From: a virus
Direction: 5' to 3' (one strand)
DNA length: 64,000 nucleotides
Virus record (IMG/VR): IMGVR_UViG_3300046170_000289
This document shows, piece after piece, positions 8,006 to 17,066 of the stretch. The position numbers were made by a program, and so were the translations under genes. Positions within the stretch are counted from its first letter, which is position 1. The number at the start of each line of letters is the position of its first letter. The notes beneath the pieces are model-generated. The model saw nothing but the letters and a program-made list of their open reading frames with translations, had not been told where the DNA came from and searched no databases.

Positions 8006-8286
8006 AGCATTGCTGATAATGGACCTAGGTTGAGTTGCATTGACGTATACGGGCGAGTGTCAGCGAAGTCAACTACTTTGCCTGGTTTCTTTGAATTGAT
8101 TGGAGCGATGTAGGTGTGCTTTCTTGTATTGTAGAAACCCCAAATAGATTTAACAGGAGCACCACCGTTGTAAACGTATTCAGAATGATTGCAAATCCAA
8201 ATAGATAGGATACTCTGCTTATGTTGTTGAACCTCATAGGAAAAACCTTCTGGTGGGGTGTGAGTGAAACTCTCGGGTAGCATCAT
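7999..8286 (-). CDS. hypothetical protein
   Basis: Start MMLPESF overlaps the MTase stop. Confidence 0.7.
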   Translation of the reverse strand: MMLPESFTHTPPEGFSYEVQQHKQSILSIWICNHSEYVYNGGAPVKSIWGFYNTRKHTYIAPINSKKPGKVVDFADTRPYTSMQLNLGPLSAMLC

Positions 8287-9122
8287 GATAAACGAGTGAG
8301 TACATTGTCTGTCCATGGTAGCACACGATCAGCACACATTTGATGGTATGTTTCATCGATCTCAAAACCGATAAAATTGCGATTCTCTTCTAGGCACACC
8401 TGAGCGGTGGTGCCTGCTCCCATAAAAGGATCAAGAATAACATCATTAACATCAGACCATGTAAGAATGTGCCCTCGTGCTAACTCTTCAGGCATAGTTG
8501 CAGGATGTTTGTAACTTGCCTTGGATGATTGTCCGAAACCTCCTGAGTTTTTGATCTTCCAAATGTTAGTCCTGACACCATACTCACGAATAACTTTAGA
8601 CTTCTTGCCTGGGTCATTCATGGTGCCATCCTTCTTACGAGTCTTAGCATTGCCGAAACTCGTATACCCTGCCCATGCATTCTTCTTATCTTGGATAAGA
8701 TTAATGGTCTTGGGTTTACCCTTGGAGAGTATAAAACAATACTCAAAGATCTGAGTATATCTTACACTCTTAGGACCAGATGCGAAGGCAGTGCCTGTCT
8801 TCTCATATATCATGGTGTCATGTAGTTTGAGACCACATTGCTCCATAAAATATAAGCATTGACGGAAACTGCTGCCAGTCTCTGATCCTTTAACTGTCGC
8901 ATCATTAACATTCCACATGATAACTCCACCCTGCTTTAACACACGGGTGAGGTTATCTGCGACCTGTTTGAATACTTCATGATCCCATTTGCTGCTGTCG
9001 TTATAGGTCCTGAGGTCATCATACGGAGGTGATGTGACCACAAGATCTATACTTTCAGCATCCATGAGTTGCATACCATCGATGCAATTCATGAGATGAG
9101 TTTCATTAAGCGACAGTTTCAT
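8283..9122 (-). CDS. beta-class N4-C/N6-A DNA methyltransferase
   Basis: Motif IV TSPPY precedes motif I DPFMGAGTT; HPATMP; likely start MKLSLNE at 9122. Confidence 0.92.
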   Translation of the reverse strand: MKLSLNETHLMNCIDGMQLMDAESIDLVVTSPPYDDLRTYNDSSKWDHEVFKQVADNLTRVLKQGGVIMWNVNDATVKGSETGSSFRQCLYFMEQCGLKLHDTMIYEKTGTAFASGPKSVRYTQIFEYCFILSKGKPKTINLIQDKKNAWAGYTSFGNAKTRKKDGTMNDPGKKSKVIREYGVRTNIWKIKNSGGFGQSSKASYKHPATMPEELARGHILTWSDVNDVILDPFMGAGTTAQVCLEENRNFIGFEIDETYHQMCADRVLPWTDNVLTRLS

Positions 9123-9708
9123 ACTCGGTGTGGATGTACTTAGTAGTCTTTCTGATTTTACCATAGATTGGAGTGATGCACAATGCATCCTCTTTGTGGA
9201 TCTTCAGAGTGCTGAATCCGTTGTTATTCTTGCCTGTTGCTGTCACGCTATCAGACCAACCAGTGGCAGGATTAGTAGCGAGTGACAGGTCAACAATAGC
9301 AGCAAATACTTCTGGGAAGTTGTTGCCATTCTGCTGCAGTTTGCAGACGAAGATCTTATCAACCTTAGTCTTGCTGTGGTTGTTACCAGTAGCAAAGGAT
9401 GATGTTGTGCTGCCTAGTGTCAACTTATTCTCAATCTCTTCAGCGAGGAGAATAGCATCATAACCTACAGTCTCTTCAGTGACATAATCAACGCCAGCAC
9501 TCTTAGCAGCGTCTTCTAATGCAGGGTTAAAGATGTTGGCAAGGAGTTTAGTCTTGTCAACAGTGTTGTCACCAAAATACTCATCAAGGTCATTGAAACG
9601 ACCACCTGAGATGATGCTGAGACCCTTCTGAAGGCGCTGAGTGCTCAATGAGAGTGCTTTAGGGATGATGCGGAAGAGAGCGTCAGCGAGTTGTGTGTTG
9701 CTTGTCAT
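9106..9708 (-). CDS. putative PD-(D/E)XK endonuclease (possible REase partner of the MTase)
   Basis: GYDAILLAEEIENK gives D-x8-E-x-K; 17-nt overlap with the MTase. Confidence 0.45.
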   Translation of the reverse strand: MTSNTQLADALFRIIPKALSLSTQRLQKGLSIISGGRFNDLDEYFGDNTVDKTKLLANIFNPALEDAAKSAGVDYVTEETVGYDAILLAEEIENKLTLGSTTSSFATGNNHSKTKVDKIFVCKLQQNGNNFPEVFAAIVDLSLATNPATGWSDSVTATGKNNNGFSTLKIHKEDALCITPIYGKIRKTTKYIHTEYETVA

Positions 9709-9792
9709 TGTGTTGTTTCTCGGTATTTAAGGATGAGAGGGGCGGACACCTGTTTGTCGGTGCCTCTTACTGTTTTGCCCCTCAACTCCCTT

Positions 9793-9851
9793 AATATAGA
9801 CCAAAAAATGATGCACGTCAACTTTGGTGGACAGTTTGACTAACTGGCACA
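9793..9851 (-). promoter_or_regulatory. early-type promoter: dyad GTGCCAGTT-N5-AACTGTCCAC, then TTGACG-N17-TATATT
   Basis: -35 9816-9821, -10 9793-9798. Confidence 0.75.
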
Positions 9852-10181
9852 CTACCTCTTGTTGAGATCAGGCAGCATATCGTTTCCTGGGTGATCCTCT
9901 GTCGTGCCCCTGTATGCTTTGTGATCATAGAAGTGTGAGTCCTCAATCTCCAACTCATCCCAATATTGGGGATAGATGCACATGCAGCACTTGTTGTAAG
10001 GTTGTCTAAACCCTGGAGGATTAGGTTTCTGAGAGATGCATAGAGTGATATATTCATCACTCACAAATTCAATCGTGCCCTCGAAATCTTGATACCTCGC
10101 TGGCATACCAATTTCAAGAGACTTGAGGATGTTGCTGACTTCTTTAGGCACGGATTCTGAGATAAAGAGAGGGATAGTCAT
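9852..10181 (-). CDS. hypothetical protein
   Basis: 109-aa ORF, ATGA-coupled. Confidence 0.75.
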   Translation of the reverse strand: MTIPLFISESVPKEVSNILKSLEIGMPARYQDFEGTIEFVSDEYITLCISQKPNPPGFRQPYNKCCMCIYPQYWDELEIEDSHFYDHKAYRGTTEDHPGNDMLPDLNKR

Positions 10182-10798
10182 AGTGTTAATGCAGTGTCTT
10201 CATAACCAAATGGTCCTTTAAGAAAGTAATTAAAGGCACATGAGTAGCGATCTTCATCAGTCTCGCTAGGAGACACATAGTGAGGCAAGTGAGACGGGAA
10301 GATGATAATGGTCCCTTCACATGGTTCGATAGGAAACTCCCGTTGATTCAGGTAGTTGCTCTCCATGATATCAGGTTGTACCGTGCTCGTCAAGTAGGTT
10401 GGAAACATTGTTGGCATCCTCAGACGAAACTCACCACAATTCTCAGGCACCTTAATATACAAACAACCGCTAAACATACTGTTGACATGAGTATGCTCAG
10501 CGGCGCTGTCACCAATGCCATGGTAATTAATCCATGATGATTGATGTTGTAATCTGTGTTTTCGACTGATTGTTAATGCTTCATGCACATATATGTCCAT
10601 GTGTTGATCAACAATATCTTTGACATCTAAGTGATTAGATAACCACTGTGTGTCTTGTGACATAAACCCATTCTTCTTATATGCACTGTCTAGTGACATA
10701 TCTTGCATGGGTGTCTTCTCTGCTCTCCTCAATACATCAGGGTCTAAATTAACAACGTCAATATAAACTGGTTGTGAGAAGAGAGGGAGAATTTCCAT
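10178..10798 (-). CDS. putative 2OG-Fe(II) oxygenase (TIGR02466-like)
   Basis: PLFSQP, HTHVNS, FPSHLPHYV...RYSCAFN. Confidence 0.85.
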   Translation of the reverse strand: MEILPLFSQPVYIDVVNLDPDVLRRAEKTPMQDMSLDSAYKKNGFMSQDTQWLSNHLDVKDIVDQHMDIYVHEALTISRKHRLQHQSSWINYHGIGDSAAEHTHVNSMFSGCLYIKVPENCGEFRLRMPTMFPTYLTSTVQPDIMESNYLNQREFPIEPCEGTIIIFPSHLPHYVSPSETDEDRYSCAFNYFLKGPFGYEDTALTL

Positions 10799-10953
10799 TA
10801 CAAATGCAGGGCGTCAACAATGTGTTTAAGTGAATCATTTTGCACGGTTGTCATATGTCCGTGTTTTTCATATGCATTCTTCTGATACAAGAAGAGAGCG
10901 TGCTTTAGCAGTGATTTCTCCTGCTGTGTGAGGATGGCAGACTTGTTAAACAT
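10798..10953 (-). CDS. hypothetical protein (51 aa, MFNKSAILTQQEK...)
   Basis: Read manually; its stop overlaps the next start. Confidence 0.6.
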   Translation of the reverse strand: MFNKSAILTQQEKSLLKHALFLYQKNAYEKHGHMTTVQNDSLKHIVDALHL

Positions 10954-10991
10954 GAGTGATACTCCGACATGAATATCTTATCGTATTCAGA

Positions 10992-11696
10992 TCAGTTGTC
11001 CATGGATTTCCAAATGTTTTTCACGGTTTCAACATTCAACCCAGCGATGCCTTGATCTTCAACGGGTGGCATATTATTTATCTCATGATCAACAAATAGT
11101 TTATGTCTAGTATCAGGATCCATATATTTGAATGCCAGAATATATCTATTGTACATAAACTTGGGCGTTGGTGGTCTACCAGTGTGAGGAATACGCCCAT
11201 CAAACATAACAACACGCCCAGGTTTTGGTAGCACAATACGACGTGGTTCTAATTCATTGTCATAAAATATAGTTTCACCACCCCAGTCAGGGTGCCACTC
11301 TGCATTCAGATATACTAATACAGTGCATTGATCATCCACATGATATGGTGCATCACAATGAATCCCTGGGTTATCATTATACTTAAGCACATTAATATAT
11401 GCTGAGTAACAATTCTCTCGTGGTGGAATATCAGGCAACGTTGCCTCAAGATATGACAACACATCTGCCCACAACATGTTAGCACTACCCTGTAATCCTG
11501 GTGCTAGTGACTGATCAGGATTATCAATTGGACAATAGTTATAAAACTGATGTGTCCAATACATACGAGCAAGATCTAACTCGGGTGCTGATTTAGTGGG
11601 TGGCACATCAATCCTAGTATAATAGTATGGGAGATGCACCACTTGAGAAAACATCTCATCACTTACTACCTTAGTATCAAATACTTTAATTGACAT
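10992..11696 (-). CDS. 2OG-Fe(II) oxygenase (prolyl-4-hydroxylase-like)
   Basis: HCDAP, WHPDWGGET, GRVVMFDGRIPHTG, RY. Confidence 0.9.
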   Translation of the reverse strand: MSIKVFDTKVVSDEMFSQVVHLPYYYTRIDVPPTKSAPELDLARMYWTHQFYNYCPIDNPDQSLAPGLQGSANMLWADVLSYLEATLPDIPPRENCYSAYINVLKYNDNPGIHCDAPYHVDDQCTVLVYLNAEWHPDWGGETIFYDNELEPRRIVLPKPGRVVMFDGRIPHTGRPPTPKFMYNRYILAFKYMDPDTRHKLFVDHEINNMPPVEDQGIAGLNVETVKNIWKSMDN

Positions 11697-12303
11697 AATT
11701 ACCCATCACATTCATGGACATAACGTATCTATCTTTGTTTGTGTTATTAACTTCAGTCTTATGTGTCAACCATCCTGGGAAGAATAGCACATCATTAGTA
11801 TGCACATCAATATACTCCCAGTCCATACCCATGTCATAATAATTATAATCAAGAGGTTCTGATAGTTTATATTGACAGTATGGATTCTTCACCATAAATC
11901 TACCACTACCCTCAGGCACTGATAGATAAGCAGCACAGGCAACTGTGACATTTTGATGATGATGCTCTGATGTCCATGCACCATTAGGATGCACATTGAT
12001 CCATGATTCTGACAGCATTTTATTCATTGGAGTGAGATGCCATAGATCCCAGATCCTATTAACACGCTCGTAAAACCATGGCATAAAATCTTCAAACTCC
12101 TCCCATATATGAGGTGGAGTGATTCTATTAATGACTACACTTGTAGTGCCGCCACCTTTCTCGTGAGTTTGATATTTATTATCATCGATCACCTGTTGTG
12201 CTGCTTCAAGGTGACCCATAGTTCTTGCTTGTAGTTTTGAATCTTCAAAACCAAAGTCATACTTACATCGATGAATGATGGGAAATGGATTATACGATTT
12301 CAT
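11686..12303 (-). CDS. putative 2OG-Fe(II) oxygenase (TIGR02466-like)
   Basis: SWINVH...EHHH, FFPGWLTHKT...RYVMSMN. Confidence 0.85.
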   Translation of the reverse strand: MKSYNPFPIIHRCKYDFGFEDSKLQARTMGHLEAAQQVIDDNKYQTHEKGGGTTSVVINRITPPHIWEEFEDFMPWFYERVNRIWDLWHLTPMNKMLSESWINVHPNGAWTSEHHHQNVTVACAAYLSVPEGSGRFMVKNPYCQYKLSEPLDYNYYDMGMDWEYIDVHTNDVLFFPGWLTHKTEVNNTNKDRYVMSMNVMGNYVN

Positions 12304-12985
12304 GCCATCTCCTGTCTTTACGCTTCAACGGACACATATGTTGCATTGGAATAGATACACTCAAACGTTTACCGCTAGGTTTTGCTTGGTGATAACATCT
12401 AGCGGGGATGTATAACATATCACCTGCAGTCATTGTAACATCAATAGCACAATCTAGATAGTCATGGTCTGGATTTTCATGTCTTGCTGACATTAGATTA
12501 GAGCAACGATTATTGTATACTCTCCAGTGTGTCTCTCCCTCTACTTGAATAATAAAATTGTTAGCAAAGTCTTCATGGATTTTGAATGACTTAGTTTCAC
12601 CTATACCAGCATATATGTGCATACTTGCCTGCACTGGAGGAAACATCTCCTCTACACTTTGCATGATATTCTGTCTCTTTTGATCAATGAAATCAAACTC
12701 ATTGATGATAAGATTATGACCATCATTAAACATCTTAACTAATGTCTCAGCATCAGGAGATGGAGCACCCCATGCTCTCTCATATACTGGGTAGTTTTCA
12801 AACGTTGCAACAATTCTATTGATAAACTGCATCTTGAAATACTCAGGATGATTGAGACAATACTCTACATCTTTCCAAGTACAGTAATAGTGAGGATCCT
12901 CAATCACTCCCTTCCAATAATGTGGTGTGTCATCAAGTGACCAGTCTTTATTAAGACTTTGTAAAATCGAATAGATCATGCTCAC
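12290..12985 (-). CDS. JmjC/cupin-4 family oxygenase
   Basis: HEDFANNFIIQVEGETHW, GDMLYIPARCYH. Confidence 0.85.
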   Translation of the reverse strand: MSMIYSILQSLNKDWSLDDTPHYWKGVIEDPHYYCTWKDVEYCLNHPEYFKMQFINRIVATFENYPVYERAWGAPSPDAETLVKMFNDGHNLIINEFDFIDQKRQNIMQSVEEMFPPVQASMHIYAGIGETKSFKIHEDFANNFIIQVEGETHWRVYNNRCSNLMSARHENPDHDYLDCAIDVTMTAGDMLYIPARCYHQAKPSGKRLSVSIPMQHMCPLKRKDRRWHEIV

Positions 12986-13604
12986 AATAAAAATTAAGAT
13001 TCAATATAACCCTGAATGGATTAGTTGTTGGGTTAGACGATGAATGGAATTGATGACCATCAAATGCAAATAGTTTATTTGCTTTCGGTGTTGATCTAAA
13101 GCACTCATTATATGACTGTAGTCTTGCTTTCTGCCAACGTTGATTAACATCACCATACATGGGATTATCATACTCGTGGAAGAATACAGTGTCACCACTG
13201 CTGTCATGTAAGTAAAACAATGCTGCATAATGATCACTCTCATGATCAGTATGTGGTCCGTTATGTGAGTCTTTACCGTTTGCTAGTTGTAATGCCAACC
13301 TAGCACGAAAGAATTCAACAGGATAAGGTAATGCATCACTCACACTATCTAGTAGTGGTTGAAACATAGGCAGAAATGGACTCTCTATGCCTTCCTGATC
13401 TAACAGTACATGAGTAAATCCCAGAGTCTTTTGCTCCTCTGGAATATCACCTAGTGGCACATCACCAAACTGTGCAGTGGTTGGTGTGTAACTAATATCC
13501 TCTGATAGAAAAAACCATGGGAATCCATTCATCCCTGAGGTCAACTTATACAACCTCTGAAGATAACTAGGTGTCAGTAGATCGTCTACTTGGATATATT
13601 TCAT
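12951..13604 (-). CDS. 2OG-Fe(II) oxygenase (HxD)
   Basis: PHTDH, GDTVFF, AFDGHQFHSS...RVILN; likely start MKYIQVDD. Confidence 0.85.
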   Translation of the reverse strand: MKYIQVDDLLTPSYLQRLYKLTSGMNGFPWFFLSEDISYTPTTAQFGDVPLGDIPEEQKTLGFTHVLLDQEGIESPFLPMFQPLLDSVSDALPYPVEFFRARLALQLANGKDSHNGPHTDHESDHYAALFYLHDSSGDTVFFHEYDNPMYGDVNQRWQKARLQSYNECFRSTPKANKLFAFDGHQFHSSSNPTTNPFRVILNLNFYCEHDLFDFTKS

Positions 13605-14217
13605 GATAATGATTAGAAAATGCTGTGATATTAAATGATAGAGAGATCCTATCACCTTCACCAGATGATTTACCAACGGCATGTTGTAACCATGCTGGAA
13701 AGATTACGAGTTGATCCTCTTCTGGGAATACATCATGCTCTGTCTCATTCATGTGCTCCCATCGATGCACATTGTTACCATCACCCCAGTATTCTTTCAT
13801 CTGTGAATAACTAAGGTCACGAATGAATGAGAGATGACCATAACAACAGTCAGGTAGTTTTAGATAATAAACACCAGATAACACACCCCCAGGATGTGTG
13901 TGGACGTGATTGAATGCACCTTTGTTGTTGATATTGATCCACATGTTGATCATCTTCAACGTGTAGTCACTGAATCCAAACTCATCAGCAGCAGCATATG
14001 CTCGCTCCATGATGGCATCTCTAATATCTTTGAGTGGATTGATATCCATGACACTATCAATAAAGTCATGCGATTGCCATCCACCCATGTTGGATTGTTT
14101 ACGACCCTCAGGGTCTTCATCCTTCACATGATATACAAAATTAGTGAGTGATTCTCTGTCTACACCTACATTATCAAACTTCCAAACTGGTGTTGGAAAT
14201 ATCAACTCAGTCTTCAT
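13567..14217 (-). CDS. putative 2OG-Fe(II) oxygenase (TIGR02466-like)
   Basis: LIFPTP, HTHPGGVLSGVYY, FPAWLQHAV...RISLSFN. Confidence 0.9.
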   Translation of the reverse strand: MKTELIFPTPVWKFDNVGVDRESLTNFVYHVKDEDPEGRKQSNMGGWQSHDFIDSVMDINPLKDIRDAIMERAYAAADEFGFSDYTLKMINMWININNKGAFNHVHTHPGGVLSGVYYLKLPDCCYGHLSFIRDLSYSQMKEYWGDGNNVHRWEHMNETEHDVFPEEDQLVIFPAWLQHAVGKSSGEGDRISLSFNITAFSNHYHEIYPSRRSTDT

Positions 14218-14594
14218 CAGTCATCAAGAAACGTAAATTCACGGTCGGTGACATCTGGATCCACATGATTCTTATACAGAGACAATGCTTCAACAGCACC
14301 AGAGAGTTTATTCATTAGATCTCTTTTGATCTGCAATTCTTCTAGAGAGATCTTTGTGATCGTAGAAGTATAATGCATGTTATCAAGTGCTTCCTGCAGT
14401 TTGATATACTCTTCCTTGACATCATCATACTGTTGGATGAAATTCATGACGAGTTGATCAAAAGAGATAAGTCCTTCGATTTCTTCTAATACTCCTTTCT
14501 TTTCTTCTTCAGTAGCAACTCCTGCCTCAGCGGCGAGATCCACTTCAAGCACATCCTGTTGTGGTACAACAATCTGCGATTCTTCTTTTGCCAT
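14217..14594 (-). CDS. acidic coiled-coil hypothetical protein
   Basis: 125-aa ORF with heptad-like composition. Confidence 0.75.
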   Translation of the reverse strand: MAKEESQIVVPQQDVLEVDLAAEAGVATEEEKKGVLEEIEGLISFDQLVMNFIQQYDDVKEEYIKLQEALDNMHYTSTITKISLEELQIKRDLMNKLSGAVEALSLYKNHVDPDVTDREFTFLDD

Positions 14595-14596
14595 AG

Positions 14597-15484
14597 TTAC
14601 ATAAACCTCTTGATGTTTTTATTTAGTGCAAGTATTACCTTGTGTGATGCAATACGCTCCTTAATGGTTTCCATCTCCATAAAATGCTTATGTCGTTGGT
14701 ATTCCATAATAGCATTGTTTTCAAAGTCTGCCTCATTGGCAGTCTCACAATGAAAATCAATGTTCCTATTACTTAGGAAACTTCTATGCACTGGCACCCA
14801 TTGACAGAGTGGAGTGCCTGCTTTAATCAGATACTCACCCTCCTCAATCTTATGCCAGAATAGTTGTAAGTTAATCTCGTATGAATACGATGGATCAACT
14901 ACACCTGTGGGTGGTGTAAATCTATCCTCATCCCAGTAGGGAATAGGCATTTGAATAAACACTATATCAGGATGTGCTTGGACTCTCCATGGCAATTCTA
15001 GTTTAATTGTCCAGTCAAGTACATCTTTCTGCTGATTAACTAACTGACGCACACCCTCAGTCTGCTCAGGTATATGTGCTGACACATATTTTCCTGGGTT
15101 ACCTGGACCACCAGTTTGTGTGCAGAATCTCATTTGTGAGATCCACTGGAAGTTTACACCAGTGCCATCAGTCTTGATCAGAATATCAGCAGGACATTTT
15201 AACACATAACCTGAGTCCATAACATCACGCAATGCAGGGCATGTTACGGCATGTTCGTATAACTCAGGGATGCTATCATCTCCTCTTAATTCAGCAGACA
15301 TTCTCTCCCAGAGTTTAGTTACCCTGAGATATGGGCAGCGTTTCTCTTTACTAGCAGTATTCTTTAATGCTGCTGTCCTCCACTTACGATGCAGTTTTGC
15401 AGCAGGGATCCACGGTTGCAACTCTGCAACTCCTGCATCGACGGAATAGAATCTAACCCACGGTTTCTTCTTCTTGAAGATCAT
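14597..15484 (-). CDS. hypothetical protein within the oxygenase/halogenase island
   Basis: 295-aa ORF with TCPALRD...SGY motif; no confident family. Confidence 0.75.
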   Translation of the reverse strand: MIFKKKKPWVRFYSVDAGVAELQPWIPAAKLHRKWRTAALKNTASKEKRCPYLRVTKLWERMSAELRGDDSIPELYEHAVTCPALRDVMDSGYVLKCPADILIKTDGTGVNFQWISQMRFCTQTGGPGNPGKYVSAHIPEQTEGVRQLVNQQKDVLDWTIKLELPWRVQAHPDIVFIQMPIPYWDEDRFTPPTGVVDPSYSYEINLQLFWHKIEEGEYLIKAGTPLCQWVPVHRSFLSNRNIDFHCETANEADFENNAIMEYQRHKHFMEMETIKERIASHKVILALNKNIKRFM

Positions 15485-17066
15485 AAATGTTGTCCCTCAG
15501 GTACTCATAGTGTGATGGTAGTTGATCAACCCAGTCGATCATAGTTTTGCGGTCTTGTTGGTATTTAGTATGAATATCATGGATGTCATTCTCCCACTCA
15601 TCTAATTGAGGAGTAGTAGACTTCTTCTCGTGATACATTCCTTCTGAGAATGGACGATAACCCTGACCAGCAGCAATATAGATGGATCCACTATGTTGCT
15701 CTAGGTTACCGAATGCAGTTTCCATACCTTCAAGCATTACAACTGTATTACCGTGAGCGACCCTAGTGGAATGTCTCCATGTAGGATCAATGTCAAAGTT
15801 AATGTTAGTGCAATCTCTCCAGTATTGGTTGTCATCACGTTGACTGAGTGCATAGTGAAGTGCAACGAAACACTTCATTGCCTCAATCATGTTATCACAA
15901 CTGTAGTTAAATGCGTCCTGCTCCATTCTAGCATAGAATCCCTGTCTTTTCTCTAGAGTATCACACAACAGCAAGACATTCTCGTGTGTTGTCATCAGTC
16001 CAGTAGATTCCAGAGGTTCTAAGAATGCATAGGACAATCCAATGCCCACAACATTCTTAACCCATGCCTTATCACGTTTACCATGTTTGATATCGATCTT
16101 GCGTAGTTTGGCATCTTTAGCAATTTCAGGCGTATATCTCTCACTGAGATACTCTCTAAACTCTACCTCTGCCTCACACTCATTGATATAATCTGATGCA
16201 TAAACATATCCTGTGCCAACACGATTCCATAGTGGGATATTCCATACCCATCCTGCATCCATTGCAACACAGTCAGTATATGTTTCCATCTGATTCTCAC
16301 GATCAGAGTATGGAATCTGTGTTGCTAGTGCTGTGTCATTGAATAGTTTATCTTTGAATGATATAAACTCACTACCCATGTGCTGCTCAAGTAACAGTGA
16401 CTGAAAACCTGTGCAGTCAATGTATAGATCAGCACGAATCAATCCATCCTGATCAGTAACAAGTGAGTCAATACTGCCATCAGGATTCTTCATCACCTTC
16501 TCAATCGTGCCCTTGAGGTGTAACACACCATTAGGAATACAAATGTTATCCCTTAGATAGTTACCAAACAATCCTGCATCAAAATGATATGCAGTGTCCT
16601 TGTCCATATTATAAATGCACTCAGGAATAGGATCAGCAGAGATCTTACATTGATCTGCTAAGTATGTCTGATTGTTTGCAAAGTTAGCAAATTGCTCTGG
16701 TGGATACTTCTCCATACCATATTCACATTGCAACTCAAAGTATCTCATCAGTGAGTCTTTATAATCAAATAGATCAAACTCTCCGAATGGATATTGGAAT
16801 CTCTCTCCCTTACCATCTCTGAAATTCTTAAATGCAATTGATGTCTTGTAAGTTGCATTACATGCAGGCATCCAGTCTTTATCTTCCAATCCCAATCTTC
16901 TTAGGAATCGATTGAAGTGTCCTAATGTAGACTCACCCACACCAATTGGTCCCTGAGCACCTTCAATCAGACCAATCTGCATCTTAGGGAATGTTTTAGA
17001 CAGCATTGCTGCTGTCATCCAACCACTGCTACCACCACCAACAATAACAATAGATTCAACTCGCAT
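15453..17066 (-). CDS. flavin-dependent halogenase, tryptophan halogenase (PrnA-like) family
   Basis: GGGSSG, GVGEST, ATYK (catalytic Lys), GWVWNIP, FLEPLESTG. Confidence 0.92.
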   Translation of the reverse strand: MRVESIVIVGGGSSGWMTAAMLSKTFPKMQIGLIEGAQGPIGVGESTLGHFNRFLRRLGLEDKDWMPACNATYKTSIAFKNFRDGKGERFQYPFGEFDLFDYKDSLMRYFELQCEYGMEKYPPEQFANFANNQTYLADQCKISADPIPECIYNMDKDTAYHFDAGLFGNYLRDNICIPNGVLHLKGTIEKVMKNPDGSIDSLVTDQDGLIRADLYIDCTGFQSLLLEQHMGSEFISFKDKLFNDTALATQIPYSDRENQMETYTDCVAMDAGWVWNIPLWNRVGTGYVYASDYINECEAEVEFREYLSERYTPEIAKDAKLRKIDIKHGKRDKAWVKNVVGIGLSYAFLEPLESTGLMTTHENVLLLCDTLEKRQGFYARMEQDAFNYSCDNMIEAMKCFVALHYALSQRDDNQYWRDCTNINFDIDPTWRHSTRVAHGNTVVMLEGMETAFGNLEQHSGSIYIAAGQGYRPFSEGMYHEKKSTTPQLDEWENDIHDIHTKYQQDRKTMIDWVDQLPSHYEYLRDNIYDLQEEETVG

